Positions 8,993 to 17,573 of a DNA stretch of 28,347 nt are shown in pieces. Every line of letters begins with the position of its first letter. Position 1 is the first letter of the stretch. The notes under the pieces are model-generated. The model saw only the letters and a program-made list of their open reading frames with translations. It did no database searches and was not told where the DNA came from. The stretch is from a virus. Its lineage: Duplodnaviria > Caudoviricetes. The position numbers and the translations under genes were made by a program. Location of the stretch: positions 1-28,347 of IMG/VR virus record IMGVR_UViG_3300037478_000021. One strand, given 5' to 3'.

Positions 8993-10012
8993 TCACTTCT
9001 TGGCGAACAGCTTCTGAGAGAATAGGTCTAGATCGTCTGTGTCGTCAGGAATATCCACCACAGCCGCCGCAGAACCTTTGTTTCTGTGGGACGGAGGAGG
9101 TGGGGCTTTGGAAACCTTAGGCCGAGCCTTTTGTTTTTCTTGCTGAGCATCCCTGAACTTGACATGGATCTCACCGAGAGCAACGGTAGCCTTAGTAGGC
9201 CCGCTGTTCACGATTTTCTTTGCCTCATCCGGATTATTAGCAAGATAGTACAAAACGTCCGGACCGAACTCCATGCCCATCAAAGTCGCAGTGAGGTACT
9301 CGCCATAAGCTTGGTCTAATCCATCGAACGAGTCAACAAGCTGCTGACCTTTATCCATGAAATCAGGGTAACGCTCCTGTGCGGGACCTAGCTTCTCGTT
9401 CCAGCCAGCCTCTAAGGCTTCACGCTGGGCCTGAACTGCCTTCTCTTCAGCTTGTTCGGCAGCCTTGGACTCCATCTCTTTTTGCTTTTGCTCAAAGAGG
9501 TGTGTTACCAAATCTGCTTGGAACTGAGGATCGAACTCTCCTAGCTCGTACTTAGCCGAGCCATCTTCGTTCAAGGCGTCAGGTTTTGGGCGACCATCAT
9601 CACTCACTTTCGGAGCGGGGTCAGTCTTTCCGTTTACTTTTTCGAGCTGTTTCTTAATCTCCTCGAAGTCGGCACGAAGCTTTTCTTCGCGACGTTCAGC
9701 TTCTCGGCGAGCAGTAGTCAGCTCATCGATACGTTCCTGAAAACGGTTCTTCTTAGGCTTAGGAGCAGGTTCTACGGCTTCTTCGTCACCGCCATCACTG
9801 TCTTCGTCCTCAGTATCGTCTTCGTCAGCGAGGGTATCATCCTCGGGGTTCTGAGTATCTTCTTCGTTGGCGTCGCTTTCCTCGGCGTCCGACTCTTCAT
9901 CACTTTCCGGGCTGGCCTGCTCGGGAGCTACAGTCTTCTGGCCAAAGAAGTCAGCAGCAAAAGTATCAAGATCGACCTCTTGAGGTTCGACGGGGTTTTC
10001 ATTCGTACTCAT
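8993..10012 (-). CDS. Scaffolding protein
   Basis: Very acidic N-terminus, KKNRFQERIDELT coiled coil, GPDVLYYLANNPDEA, and SKAPPPP C-terminus; between portal and coat. Confidence 0.8.
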   Translation of the reverse strand: MSTNENPVEPQEVDLDTFAADFFGQKTVAPEQASPESDEESDAEESDANEEDTQNPEDDTLADEDDTEDEDSDGGDEEAVEPAPKPKKNRFQERIDELTTARREAERREEKLRADFEEIKKQLEKVNGKTDPAPKVSDDGRPKPDALNEDGSAKYELGEFDPQFQADLVTHLFEQKQKEMESKAAEQAEEKAVQAQREALEAGWNEKLGPAQERYPDFMDKGQQLVDSFDGLDQAYGEYLTATLMGMEFGPDVLYYLANNPDEAKKIVNSGPTKATVALGEIHVKFRDAQQEKQKARPKVSKAPPPPSHRNKGSAAAVVDIPDDTDDLDLFSQKLFAKK

Positions 10013-10032
10013 AAGTAAGGGTTAGCGGTCCT

Positions 10033-12204
10033 TTAACCGTTTGCTCGTTTCCTTGATTGCGACTGTGATCCACCGCTGGACGAGCGTGAAGCGGTTGGAG
10101 TCGATTTCAGTGCGAGAGACTTCTCAGCCAGCTTGTGCTGACGTTCGTTGTCCTCTTTTTGATCTTGTCGTTTTTGTTCAAATTCCTCTCGACGGAGATC
10201 GTGCTCATCTAGAGACTTGGACCCATCGAGTATCATTTGAATTGCATTCATTTCCATGTCATTGGCATCGACTTCATGATCAGACAGGGCACGAATACGT
10301 TGTGTTTCTGCGTTGTACTTATCAACAGCACGATCGGCGTCAGAAGCTTTCTTCTCAACCTTCAGCATGAGGTTTTCTTGCTGTAGTTTCTGAAGTTCTT
10401 GCTGGAGTTGCTGGAACTGTTCTGGATCAACCATGCCTTGCTGGCGGGCTTCTTCCATCTTTTCAGCAATCTTGTCAGCACCCGGCCAATCCTGTGCCCT
10501 GATAATCTCAGGACCTGCAACAGTCATGAGAGCTGGGAAGACTTGGATGGCATCCATCATAGCCTGAGCCGCCTCTACACGACGGGTCGAATAAGACGTA
10601 CCCGTAGAGAGTGCGACGTCATACTGACCAACCGACATATCAACCGCATTCGGGTCCATCGGGTCATTGAGACGTACGAAGCGTTGGGTTTGATCTTCTC
10701 CGACGAGGCGGGCCACACGGGTGCCGTCCATAACTTGAGGTATCAACTGGTTGATTACATCTCCACCCTCAAGGACAGCGGCGTTACCGTTATCAAAGAA
10801 AGTGAGGGAGGCGATATCACCTTCACGTTGACGTGCTTGGATGGCGCGACCCGAGACTTCGTTTGACCGAACACCAAGGGAGGCGTCATGGATGCCGGTG
10901 ACGTCCTTCATGTCCTGACTATTAACCTGAGCCTCGTTTAGGTACGCGGCGTAAGGTTGCGGCGGTTCGACCCTTTCGGGAGGAGTCACTGCGTCGTCAT
11001 TATAGATCAGAAGGGGATCGCGAGAGAGGTGAGCCTTCCGGAACGTGTCTTCACGGCCTTCGAAAGCACTCTCAGGGCCGATCCACTGAGCCTTGGGAGC
11101 ATACCCGAGTTGCTCGGCGTTAACTGACCGCCAGAAGTTCTTCAGACGTACAGGGTCTTTCATGAACCGGACAAGACCGTACCGAACCCGACGACCACCG
11201 ATGTTAACCGTCCTACCACTCATACGGATGATAGGAAGACGATTAAGCTGGTACTCGTACGGTCCGTCAAGGATGGCAAAACCGGTTACGAGGTGCATCT
11301 GGGCGTACGTACACCAAGACAAGCGAGTCTTTACAGGCGCACCGTTGTACGCGATGAGTTCGTCCATGTTGTCGCCGTCAATGGCGAAGACCTTGCCGTT
11401 CTCGAACAGGCCGTAGATACGCTGCCTCTCGATAAGACGCCAGTACTCAGTTACACGATAGGAGTTGTCGTCGATCCAGCCAGTCATAGAGAGGTTCTGC
11501 CGAGTGGCATCATCCTCCATCAGGCTCGTAGGCGTAATTTCAGGCCATTTACGCTTGAACTCTTTCTTCGGGATACGATCATCGACGAAAACACGCTTGG
11601 CGTCACGTCCTGTGATGTCAACAGACATCCTGTCCCAGACTACGGCGAGGCAATCTTCAATAGGACGGATGAAAATATCCTGGTCGAAGACGCTGTCACG
11701 GGCATACTCCACCGAGATGCGAAAAGCACCGTCTCCGCACTGGACAAGACTCTCGAAAGAACCGTCATAGACACGATCGGCGCGGCTTTGCATCTCGATG
11801 GAGCGAATAAGGTCGCCTCGGATAGAAGCAATATCGACATCTTCATCGTTCGAGGGAACGACCTTAACTGATTTACGGCTTTCCCGCCAGTCGCCTACGA
11901 GTTGGGCGGTGAACTGGGGAATGTTGTTGATTACAAGGCACGGAAGACCTTTACGCTGCTCAAGAACGACGGGGTCCCACTGCTCACCGGCAGCGAACTT
12001 CTTGTCGTCGAGGGCTTGCTCACGGTTTATCCGGTCAAATTCTACGTCAGCCTGATACTCCTCCCGCATGTCTTGCAGGAAGTCCTCTACGGTGTCGAAA
12101 CCTTCGGGGACGTACCCCTTCGCTACCACGCCTTCGATGGGTAGGGTGTCCCGGATGTCACCGTCTTGCTTTGCTTTTGGCTTCTTAGTCTCGGTGTCAG
12201 TCAT
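10033..12204 (-). CDS. Portal protein (P22 gp1-like)
   Basis: GEQW, PCLVINNI, GLVRFMKDP, SGRAIQARQ and a Q-rich C-terminal coiled-coil barrel. Start moved to 12204, where ATGA overlaps the terL stop. Confidence 0.9.
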   Translation of the reverse strand: MTDTETKKPKAKQDGDIRDTLPIEGVVAKGYVPEGFDTVEDFLQDMREEYQADVEFDRINREQALDDKKFAAGEQWDPVVLEQRKGLPCLVINNIPQFTAQLVGDWRESRKSVKVVPSNDEDVDIASIRGDLIRSIEMQSRADRVYDGSFESLVQCGDGAFRISVEYARDSVFDQDIFIRPIEDCLAVVWDRMSVDITGRDAKRVFVDDRIPKKEFKRKWPEITPTSLMEDDATRQNLSMTGWIDDNSYRVTEYWRLIERQRIYGLFENGKVFAIDGDNMDELIAYNGAPVKTRLSWCTYAQMHLVTGFAILDGPYEYQLNRLPIIRMSGRTVNIGGRRVRYGLVRFMKDPVRLKNFWRSVNAEQLGYAPKAQWIGPESAFEGREDTFRKAHLSRDPLLIYNDDAVTPPERVEPPQPYAAYLNEAQVNSQDMKDVTGIHDASLGVRSNEVSGRAIQARQREGDIASLTFFDNGNAAVLEGGDVINQLIPQVMDGTRVARLVGEDQTQRFVRLNDPMDPNAVDMSVGQYDVALSTGTSYSTRRVEAAQAMMDAIQVFPALMTVAGPEIIRAQDWPGADKIAEKMEEARQQGMVDPEQFQQLQQELQKLQQENLMLKVEKKASDADRAVDKYNAETQRIRALSDHEVDANDMEMNAIQMILDGSKSLDEHDLRREEFEQKRQDQKEDNERQHKLAEKSLALKSTPTASRSSSGGSQSQSRKRANG

Positions 12205-13616
12205 CCGGCCATCCATGAGGTATCCCCTTGCGAGTAGTTCGGGGTTGTGTTCCAATCGACGTACTTCGTGTTACCTTTCGTCAAGGCGGTGTCTTCTTTC
12301 TTAATACGACGACGACCAGCAATCTTGTCGAATACTTCAGTCAACCCCCAGACGAGGGCGTCTACCCTGTCAGGTGATCCTGTCGAGGAGTTACGAACGT
12401 TATCCACGGAGAAGAGGCACATCTGGTCTTCGAGCTCGTCGAACATTCCTACGTGGTGCACCCTTCCCTGCTCGTAGAGTGCTGAGATAGGTTCAGCACG
12501 AACGACCTTGCCTCGCGAGGCGTGGACGAGCTTGACTGGGACGGATCGATCTTCGGTGCGGATGACGTGTTCAACCATTTCTCCACCGTTGTTCTTCTCC
12601 GCTACTATTTTATCTGCTTGCCACTTCCTGTAAAGAAAGACCGCACGCTTCGCCCAATCTTGCGGAGTACCTCTAAGAGAGCCGTCCTCAAGTACGTAGC
12701 CTCTGGCATAGCCATCAGAGTCTCGAGCGAGTCCGACAACGACGATCCCGTTTTCGTCTGCTCCTTCTGTTGAGGAGGCAGCGGGGTCAACAGCCACAAT
12801 AACACGCTCAAGGTCCTGCGGAGCTTCTCTGAGGCGAGTGTCATCAATAGACGAACGATGCCAGAGAGCACCGGGAATATCTTCGAGAATTTCACCTTCA
12901 AGCTCCTGTCGGCCTAGGCGGGTTCCGCCGTACCTGTCGTAGAGTTGTTTGATCGTGTTCTTGGCGAGGTTCGCCTGGTTGTCGAGAGTAGAGCCTCTGG
13001 TGACAACTGTATCTGGATCGAGCGTCAGTTTCTTAATCAGCGGAAGAGGACGGGGTGTAGTAGTCACAAGGCACTGTGGATGAGCACCTAGACGAAGACC
13101 GAACTGGAGCTGATCCCAAGCTTCCCGCATGTATTCGAACTTAGCGAGTTCGTCGACCCAAGCGAAATGGTGCTGAGGACCACGAAGCTGATCCGGAGTG
13201 GTTCCGTTGTACGTGTACGCCTTCGAGCCGTTAGGCCACGACAGGCATCTGTTAGTAGGAGACCAACTGTCATCTGAGAGATCGGGGTCGCAATTCAGGA
13301 GGCCGGAGTCTCCTTTAATCATGACGTCCCTGGCATCTGCTGCTGTCTCAGCCACTAGGGCGATACGGCAACCGGGGTACTTGTGGGCGAGGGACCTGAT
13401 CCATTCAGAGCCCATCCTCGTCTTACCGAACCCACGACCGGCCATAACGAGCCATGTGTTCCAATCACCTTCGGGTGCTATTTGGTTGGGACGAGCCCAG
13501 AAGTTCCAGTCCCATTTAAGAGCCGCTAGACTCTCCGGGCTTAGGGAACTCAACCACTCCTCCCGATCCTGCTGCGGTAGAGAGGCGAGATAGGCGGCTG
13601 GTGAAATCTGCGACAT
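12201..13616 (-). CDS. terL: Terminase large subunit
   Basis: Walker A AGRGFGKT, LRGPQ, Walker B WVDE, VTTTP coupling motif, nuclease VAVDPA and SPDRVDALVW. Probable start is ATG 13616 (MSQISPAA). Confidence 0.95.
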   Translation of the reverse strand: MSQISPAAYLASLPQQDREEWLSSLSPESLAALKWDWNFWARPNQIAPEGDWNTWLVMAGRGFGKTRMGSEWIRSLAHKYPGCRIALVAETAADARDVMIKGDSGLLNCDPDLSDDSWSPTNRCLSWPNGSKAYTYNGTTPDQLRGPQHHFAWVDELAKFEYMREAWDQLQFGLRLGAHPQCLVTTTPRPLPLIKKLTLDPDTVVTRGSTLDNQANLAKNTIKQLYDRYGGTRLGRQELEGEILEDIPGALWHRSSIDDTRLREAPQDLERVIVAVDPAASSTEGADENGIVVVGLARDSDGYARGYVLEDGSLRGTPQDWAKRAVFLYRKWQADKIVAEKNNGGEMVEHVIRTEDRSVPVKLVHASRGKVVRAEPISALYEQGRVHHVGMFDELEDQMCLFSVDNVRNSSTGSPDRVDALVWGLTEVFDKIAGRRRIKKEDTALTKGNTKYVDWNTTPNYSQGDTSWMAG

Positions 13617-14040
13617 CTTGCTGTACCTTTTGTTCCATCTTGATCGCGTCACCGTTAGGGCCACTGATCTCTTGGCGATCTTTCCAAAGGGCGATGGACT
13701 TACCAGCAAGCTCGATTGCACGTAGCTTATCGGTCGTCTTGACCGTGTCATCGGTAATGATCGTCATCAATTTGGTTAGCAGGAAGTCTGCTGAAAATTC
13801 CATTCGTTCCCTCCGGGCCTCGTCTCCGTCGTGGATAGCTTTCTTCACTAGTGGGTGACGTAGGAGTTGGGTTGCAACTCGGTTGGGGTTTGTCGTCTTG
13901 TAACCTGCCTCGACCACGGCACGGGAGGCGTTCCGTTGTGGGTCGGCTAGGAAACACTCGACAAAGATTTTCATCCTGTGTCCGAGATAAGAACCTTTCC
14001 CCCTCTTAGGCGGCTCTGAACCCGGTGCTAAATACGACAT
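13516..14040 (-). CDS. terS: Terminase small subunit
   Basis: FVECFL..NASRAVVEAGY HTH, LRAIELAGK, and EISGPNGDAIK; immediately upstream of and overlapping terL. Confidence 0.85.
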   Translation of the reverse strand: MSYLAPGSEPPKRGKGSYLGHRMKIFVECFLADPQRNASRAVVEAGYKTTNPNRVATQLLRHPLVKKAIHDGDEARRERMEFSADFLLTKLMTIITDDTVKTTDKLRAIELAGKSIALWKDRQEISGPNGDAIKMEQKVQQDVADFTSRLSRLSTAAGSGGVVEFPKPGESSGS

Positions 14041-14041
14041 C

Positions 14042-14131
14042 TTACCAGTTCATTCCTTTAGCTATGCCTCTAACTACTAAAACTACGCCCGCTATACCGC
14101 CTAGAATAAAGCTTACAATTGTTAAGAGCAT
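14042..14131 (-). CDS. 29-aa single-TM membrane peptide, first gene of the late operon
   Basis: Not in the ORF track. AAGGAGG-N5-ATG; MLLTIVSFILGGIAGVVLVVRGIAKGMNW*; stop lies 1 nt before the terS ATG. Confidence 0.7.
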   Translation of the reverse strand: MLLTIVSFILGGIAGVVLVVRGIAKGMNW

Positions 14132-14156
14132 GTTATCCTCCTTACCTCTTACACCT

Positions 14157-14185
14157 ATTATACCATTATTATTGCAAAATGTCAA
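14157..14185 (-). promoter_or_regulatory. Sigma70-type promoter for the packaging/structural operon
   Basis: Exact TTGACA-N17-TATAAT with extended -10 TGn. Confidence 0.85.
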
Positions 14186-14316
14186 GAAAAATCGTACAAA
14201 TGTGTGAAAAATAGTTCCGATAGCTACGCCAGTCGCGCTTGAGCAGCGCTCACGCAGCGTTACGATAAGGTTTTACGACAAGGAAAAGAATCATCTCATC
14301 GGGCTTAAAAAAGTTC

Positions 14317-14345
14317 TTGACATTTATCGTTTTATGATATATAAT
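14317..14345 (+). promoter_or_regulatory. Sigma70-type promoter, divergent from the late promoter
   Basis: Exact TTGACA-N17-TATAAT with an upstream A-tract. Confidence 0.75.
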
Positions 14346-14470
14346 ATATTATTATAAGATTATATACTAAGATATATACTACTAAGAGATAATATATTAG
14401 GGATTATAATCTAAGAGATATATACTAAGAAGATTAATACCTAGTATATTTAAACCTTAGTTAATGTTTT
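14340..14470. repeat. AT-rich tract with iterated TATATACTAAGA/CTAAGA motifs (origin- or packaging-like)
   Basis: CTAAGA at 14367, 14382, 14411 and 14425 in near-pure A/T sequence; non-coding. Confidence 0.6.
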
Positions 14471-15129
14471 AAGGGGCGAACCTAGGAGGGGCGACCGTGA
14501 GGGAGCCTCCTTGTCAACTATATTATTCTAGGCGATTAGAGGTACCGTACAGAGGAGAAATAGTGCTGAGGGTTCCATGGGTACCTTGAGAGGGTAACTC
14601 CGCTGTACGGGCTTTAAATCGCAAAATAGAGCATATATGAGGAAAGGCTGATTTTTTATATAATCTGAGAGGGTGCTCCACACCTCCACACACACACGCG
14701 TGCTCCTCGCCCCCCCCCCCTGGCGGCCTCCCGGAACAAAAGGGGAACGCCCACAGGGAGTGGTACATAAGAAGAACACACCATGAACATACAATGAACA
14801 TCACTCAACTCATCGCTAAAATAGCACAGTTCACCGCAACCCCTACCTACACCACGCAATACTATAACACACTAGAGCAACATCCTTTCGTCGTCCCCGT
14901 GGTCATGCGCAACAATATTGCGTTAGGGGGTGCAACCCCTTGAAAACATTGGGGCTTTACTTCCACGGTGAAGGGCGTAAAAGGGGGACATCGGATCAGT
15001 CGGCCCTTCCAGGGATCAACCGCCTCTTTCGGTCCCAACTACGAGGGGGTTAGCAGCGTACGCCGTCCCGACAAGCAAGAAATGGGACAACACAAACCGG
15101 CTTGACAATCCTTAGGGGCTGCTTTAGAC

Positions 15130-15612
15130 GGTAAAGAGTGACGCTTTTAGCGTTACGAGCATACATAGCTGTCTGACTAGATGGCGTCCTACGGTGGATG
15201 GCGGAGCTTCATTGTTCCGTGCCAATCCTAGCCTAACGATCAAGGGTAGCGCCTTGATGCGGGACGTGTCAGAATAGCAAGCAACGGGTAAACCCGAAGG
15301 GCACAACGCCAGTGGAATTTCCAAGGCGGAGGCAAAGCCTAGAGGTGCAACACGTGAGGAAAGCGGTGGCTTAAATCTCCTCATGTAGCGGGTTTACAGT
15401 AGCGGTAGGATAGGGCGTAGCTGCCTGACTTTGGCCTATCGTGTCAACCGGATACGAAAGTTTCGACTAGCAGCGGGAAAGGCTGTTAGGGGCGGAACGG
15501 GAGGACAAGAATGCTTATCGCTGGCGTTCCCCTCCCTGAAAGAAAACTAGTGGTTAAACCAAACGCCACTAACTAGCAAGGTAGCGGCTTAACCGTCGTT
15601 ACCCTTGCTAGA
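15130..15612 (+). ncRNA. Candidate large structured RNA or structured early leader
   Basis: No credible ORF. Consecutive stems with G-U pairs (15138-15156, 15168-15185, 15201-15220, 15239-15258, 15467-15489, 15573-15611) and a long-range helix 15288-15296/15389-15397; TTGACA at 15102. Confidence 0.45.
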
Positions 15613-15650
15613 GGAAAGCCTAGGTGTCCTCCTGGATAAGGACTAAGCCT

Positions 15651-15857
15651 ATGTCTACAGTAGCGAATACCCGTAGGGCGGACTACAATCGCCCCAACAT
15701 TCAACTATCTTCTGTCCGTCGTCCGGTGGCTAACGCCGTGCAGGACGGGGCGCTAGAATACATCGTGCAAACAGCTACGGCTGCCCGTACGGCAACCACG
15801 GAAGCTGCGTATCAACTACGCATCAAGCATCTTAAGAAATACGTCAAACAGCTTTAA
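15651..15857 (+). CDS. Hypothetical early protein (68 aa)
   Basis: AAGGA RBS before ATG 15651 (the ORF track starts at GTG 15624). Confidence 0.55.
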   Translation: MSTVANTRRADYNRPNIQLSSVRRPVANAVQDGALEYIVQTATAARTATTEAAYQLRIKHLKKYVKQL

Positions 15858-15940
15858 TATCCCCTCACACCTAGGCTTTTCCCTAGCAAGTCTCTGCTAG
15901 GCCATCTGCGATGGAAAACCTTGTTTGAAGGGAACACCAA

Positions 15941-16576
15941 ATGACTATCACTCTTAAAGCGATTGATACCCGTATCGGCGACGTAAAGCGTCTGGGTACG
16001 GAGTACAATCAATTCATCCATGAGACGGCTATGATGATTATTCGTCATGCCGCCCCAAAGGAAATCAATGAAGACTGCCAAGGTTCAGGAGATTGCACTC
16101 GGGCCGTCAAGCTCGTTCGTGCTATGCCTGCATCTATGCGTCGCACCACGTTGATTGCTTGGTTCGCCAAGTATACTCCTATCCGCATCAAGTTGTCTGA
16201 CAACGGCGACAAATGCGAATTCGATCCGAAGTACAAGAAGCTGGCGAAAGCCGATAAGCTCGAATTCTGGGACGTTATCGGGGCCGCAGAAGAGCCTTTC
16301 TATGACGTTGCAGAAGCGACGCCAGAGGAAAAGACTTACGACTTCCTCGCTCTGATGAAGATGGTCGAACGACTGTCCAAGCAGATCGAAAAGAAGATCG
16401 AAGACGGCGCAGTTCCTGAGGCTGATGTCGAGTCGGCCAAGGCCATTGCTCGTGCCGTTTCTGGCTTGAAGGTCGAGCGCGTCGTCGTTCGCCCCCCATT
16501 GGGAAGCAAGGTTGAGATACCCTCGAACGACACGGAAGTCGGCGCAGCACCCGTCAAGGAGCTTGAGGCCGCCTAA
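15941..16576 (+). CDS. Hypothetical early phage protein (211 aa)
   Basis: Long ORF with strong codon bias and GAAGGG RBS; GDCT..LVRAMP..RR..LIAWF resembles a conserved early-gene family of podoviruses. Confidence 0.8.
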   Translation: MTITLKAIDTRIGDVKRLGTEYNQFIHETAMMIIRHAAPKEINEDCQGSGDCTRAVKLVRAMPASMRRTTLIAWFAKYTPIRIKLSDNGDKCEFDPKYKKLAKADKLEFWDVIGAAEEPFYDVAEATPEEKTYDFLALMKMVERLSKQIEKKIEDGAVPEADVESAKAIARAVSGLKVERVVVRPPLGSKVEIPSNDTEVGAAPVKELEAA

Positions 16577-16601
16577 CAAGTTGGTTGATAGGCCGACCAT
16601 A

Positions 16602-16713
16602 TCCTGAGCATGATATAAAACTGCTCAAACTATCTGATGATGGCGCAAGGGTGGCTACCAAGCGGACCCGTCTGCCTAGTCACATACTCCTGAGCAAGAG
16701 TTAAAACTGCTCA
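16602..16713 (+). repeat. Two 26-nt direct repeats, each a TGAGCA/TGCTCA hairpin
   Basis: TCCTGAGCAtgataTAAAACTGCTCA (16602-16627) and TCCTGAGCAagagtTAAAACTGCTCA (16688-16713); 3 differences, all in the loop. Confidence 0.85.
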
Positions 16714-17014
16714 CCCTCTAACGGAGTCCGTTATGAGACATGTCCACAAACCATGCTTGCGTGGTGCCCACACAGTCTTGTGCCTAGGGTTGAACCTAGT
16801 GATACCTAAGATACCTAGACGTTACAAGATGCTCATACTCTCACTTGTCATCTTAAATGAGCTTAGGGGAGTGTACTTTGTCTATGAACTGGTAAAGAAC
16901 GGGGTATTCACTTACACCTAAGGTTTAAACCTAAGGTATATCTTAAATCCCTTCTTTGTCGATCCTTTCCTTTACCCCCTTACCCCCTAATGGTTTCCCT
17001 TACCCTATACCAGT

Positions 17015-17043
17015 ATTATATCAAGCTTTGACACGTTTGTCAA
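17015..17043 (-). promoter_or_regulatory. Antisense sigma70-type promoter with no downstream ORF
   Basis: Exact TTGACA-N17-TATAAT with TGn. Confidence 0.75.
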
Positions 17044-17134
17044 GCTTTATCTCCTCCTGCGATGTGTTGAGGAGTGGGTGGTTAGCAATCCCCGTCGCCC
17101 TGCCCACTCTTCTACTCACTGCTAGGAGGCTGAA

Positions 17135-17320
17135 ATGTCACGAACATTCATGGTCCATTCGTCTCAAACGGAAGCTTGGGATGAGATCAAGGCTCTCGAC
17201 AAGGAGTACGAAGTCAGCGAAGCCCAACACCGCACACGGCTAGAGCGTGACTATCAGCGGTCTTTCGTCTGGCTGTTCGTTGGGGCCGCTCTCTGCTACT
17301 CTGCCCCATTCCTGATGTAA
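17135..17320 (+). CDS. Small protein with C-terminal TM helix
   Basis: AGGAGG RBS; hydrophobic tail SFVWLFVGAALCYSAPFLM. Confidence 0.7.
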   Translation: MSRTFMVHSSQTEAWDEIKALDKEYEVSEAQHRTRLERDYQRSFVWLFVGAALCYSAPFLM

Positions 17321-17364
17321 CAGCCGGAGTCCGAACTTCTGGGGAAAATTGAGGAGCTATCGCC

Positions 17365-17571
17365 ATGACTGAGAAATTTCGTGTCGCCGTCTCCCCGGAA
17401 CTAGGCTCCGAGGTCCTGTTCGCGTTCGGAGGCAAGAACGAGTTCATTTCTTTATCCCTTCTCATCCGTTGGCTGGGGTCGGAAAAGAAGCAAACTAACT
17501 TCGCCAAACGTCCACCTATGCCCGACAAGGTGAAGCCCGGCTTCCGTTACGCCGATCCGAAAGGAGTTTAA
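17365..17571 (+). CDS. Hypothetical protein (68 aa)
   Basis: GAGGAG RBS; part of a tight gene array. Confidence 0.7.
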   Translation: MTEKFRVAVSPELGSEVLFAFGGKNEFISLSLLIRWLGSEKKQTNFAKRPPMPDKVKPGFRYADPKGV

Positions 17572-17573
17572 CT

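Noticed and set aside
13617-13751. 45-aa N-terminal extension of terL in the ORF track
   Set aside because: Lies wholly within terS and has no terminase-like character; ATG 13616 is the more plausible start.
15285-15365. RNase P RNA-like words (GGTAAACCC, GTGCAACA, GAGGAAAG)
   Set aside because: They occur in the wrong order and the ACAGAA..CGGCUUA closing motif is absent.
15130-15900. Group I/II intron or retron interpretation of the structured region
   Set aside because: No interrupted gene, no recognisable catalytic core or domain V, and no reverse transcriptase in the window.
16634-16690. Hammerhead ribozyme (CTGATGA)
   Set aside because: No stem II followed by GAAA and no matching cleavage-site helix.
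16602-16713. Mini CRISPR array
   Set aside because: Only two repeats, a 60-nt spacer, repeats differ in the loop, and no cas genes.
16733-16921. 62-aa ORF with GGAG upstream
   Set aside because: Atypical codon usage and overlaps a repeat-rich patch that looks regulatory; not supportable as a CDS, though not excluded.
16958-16990. Minus-strand GGGGGTAAAGGAAAGGATCGAC resembling a tmRNA 5' end
   Set aside because: No tag reading frame, or T-arm/CCA partner on the same strand nearby; probably coincidental.
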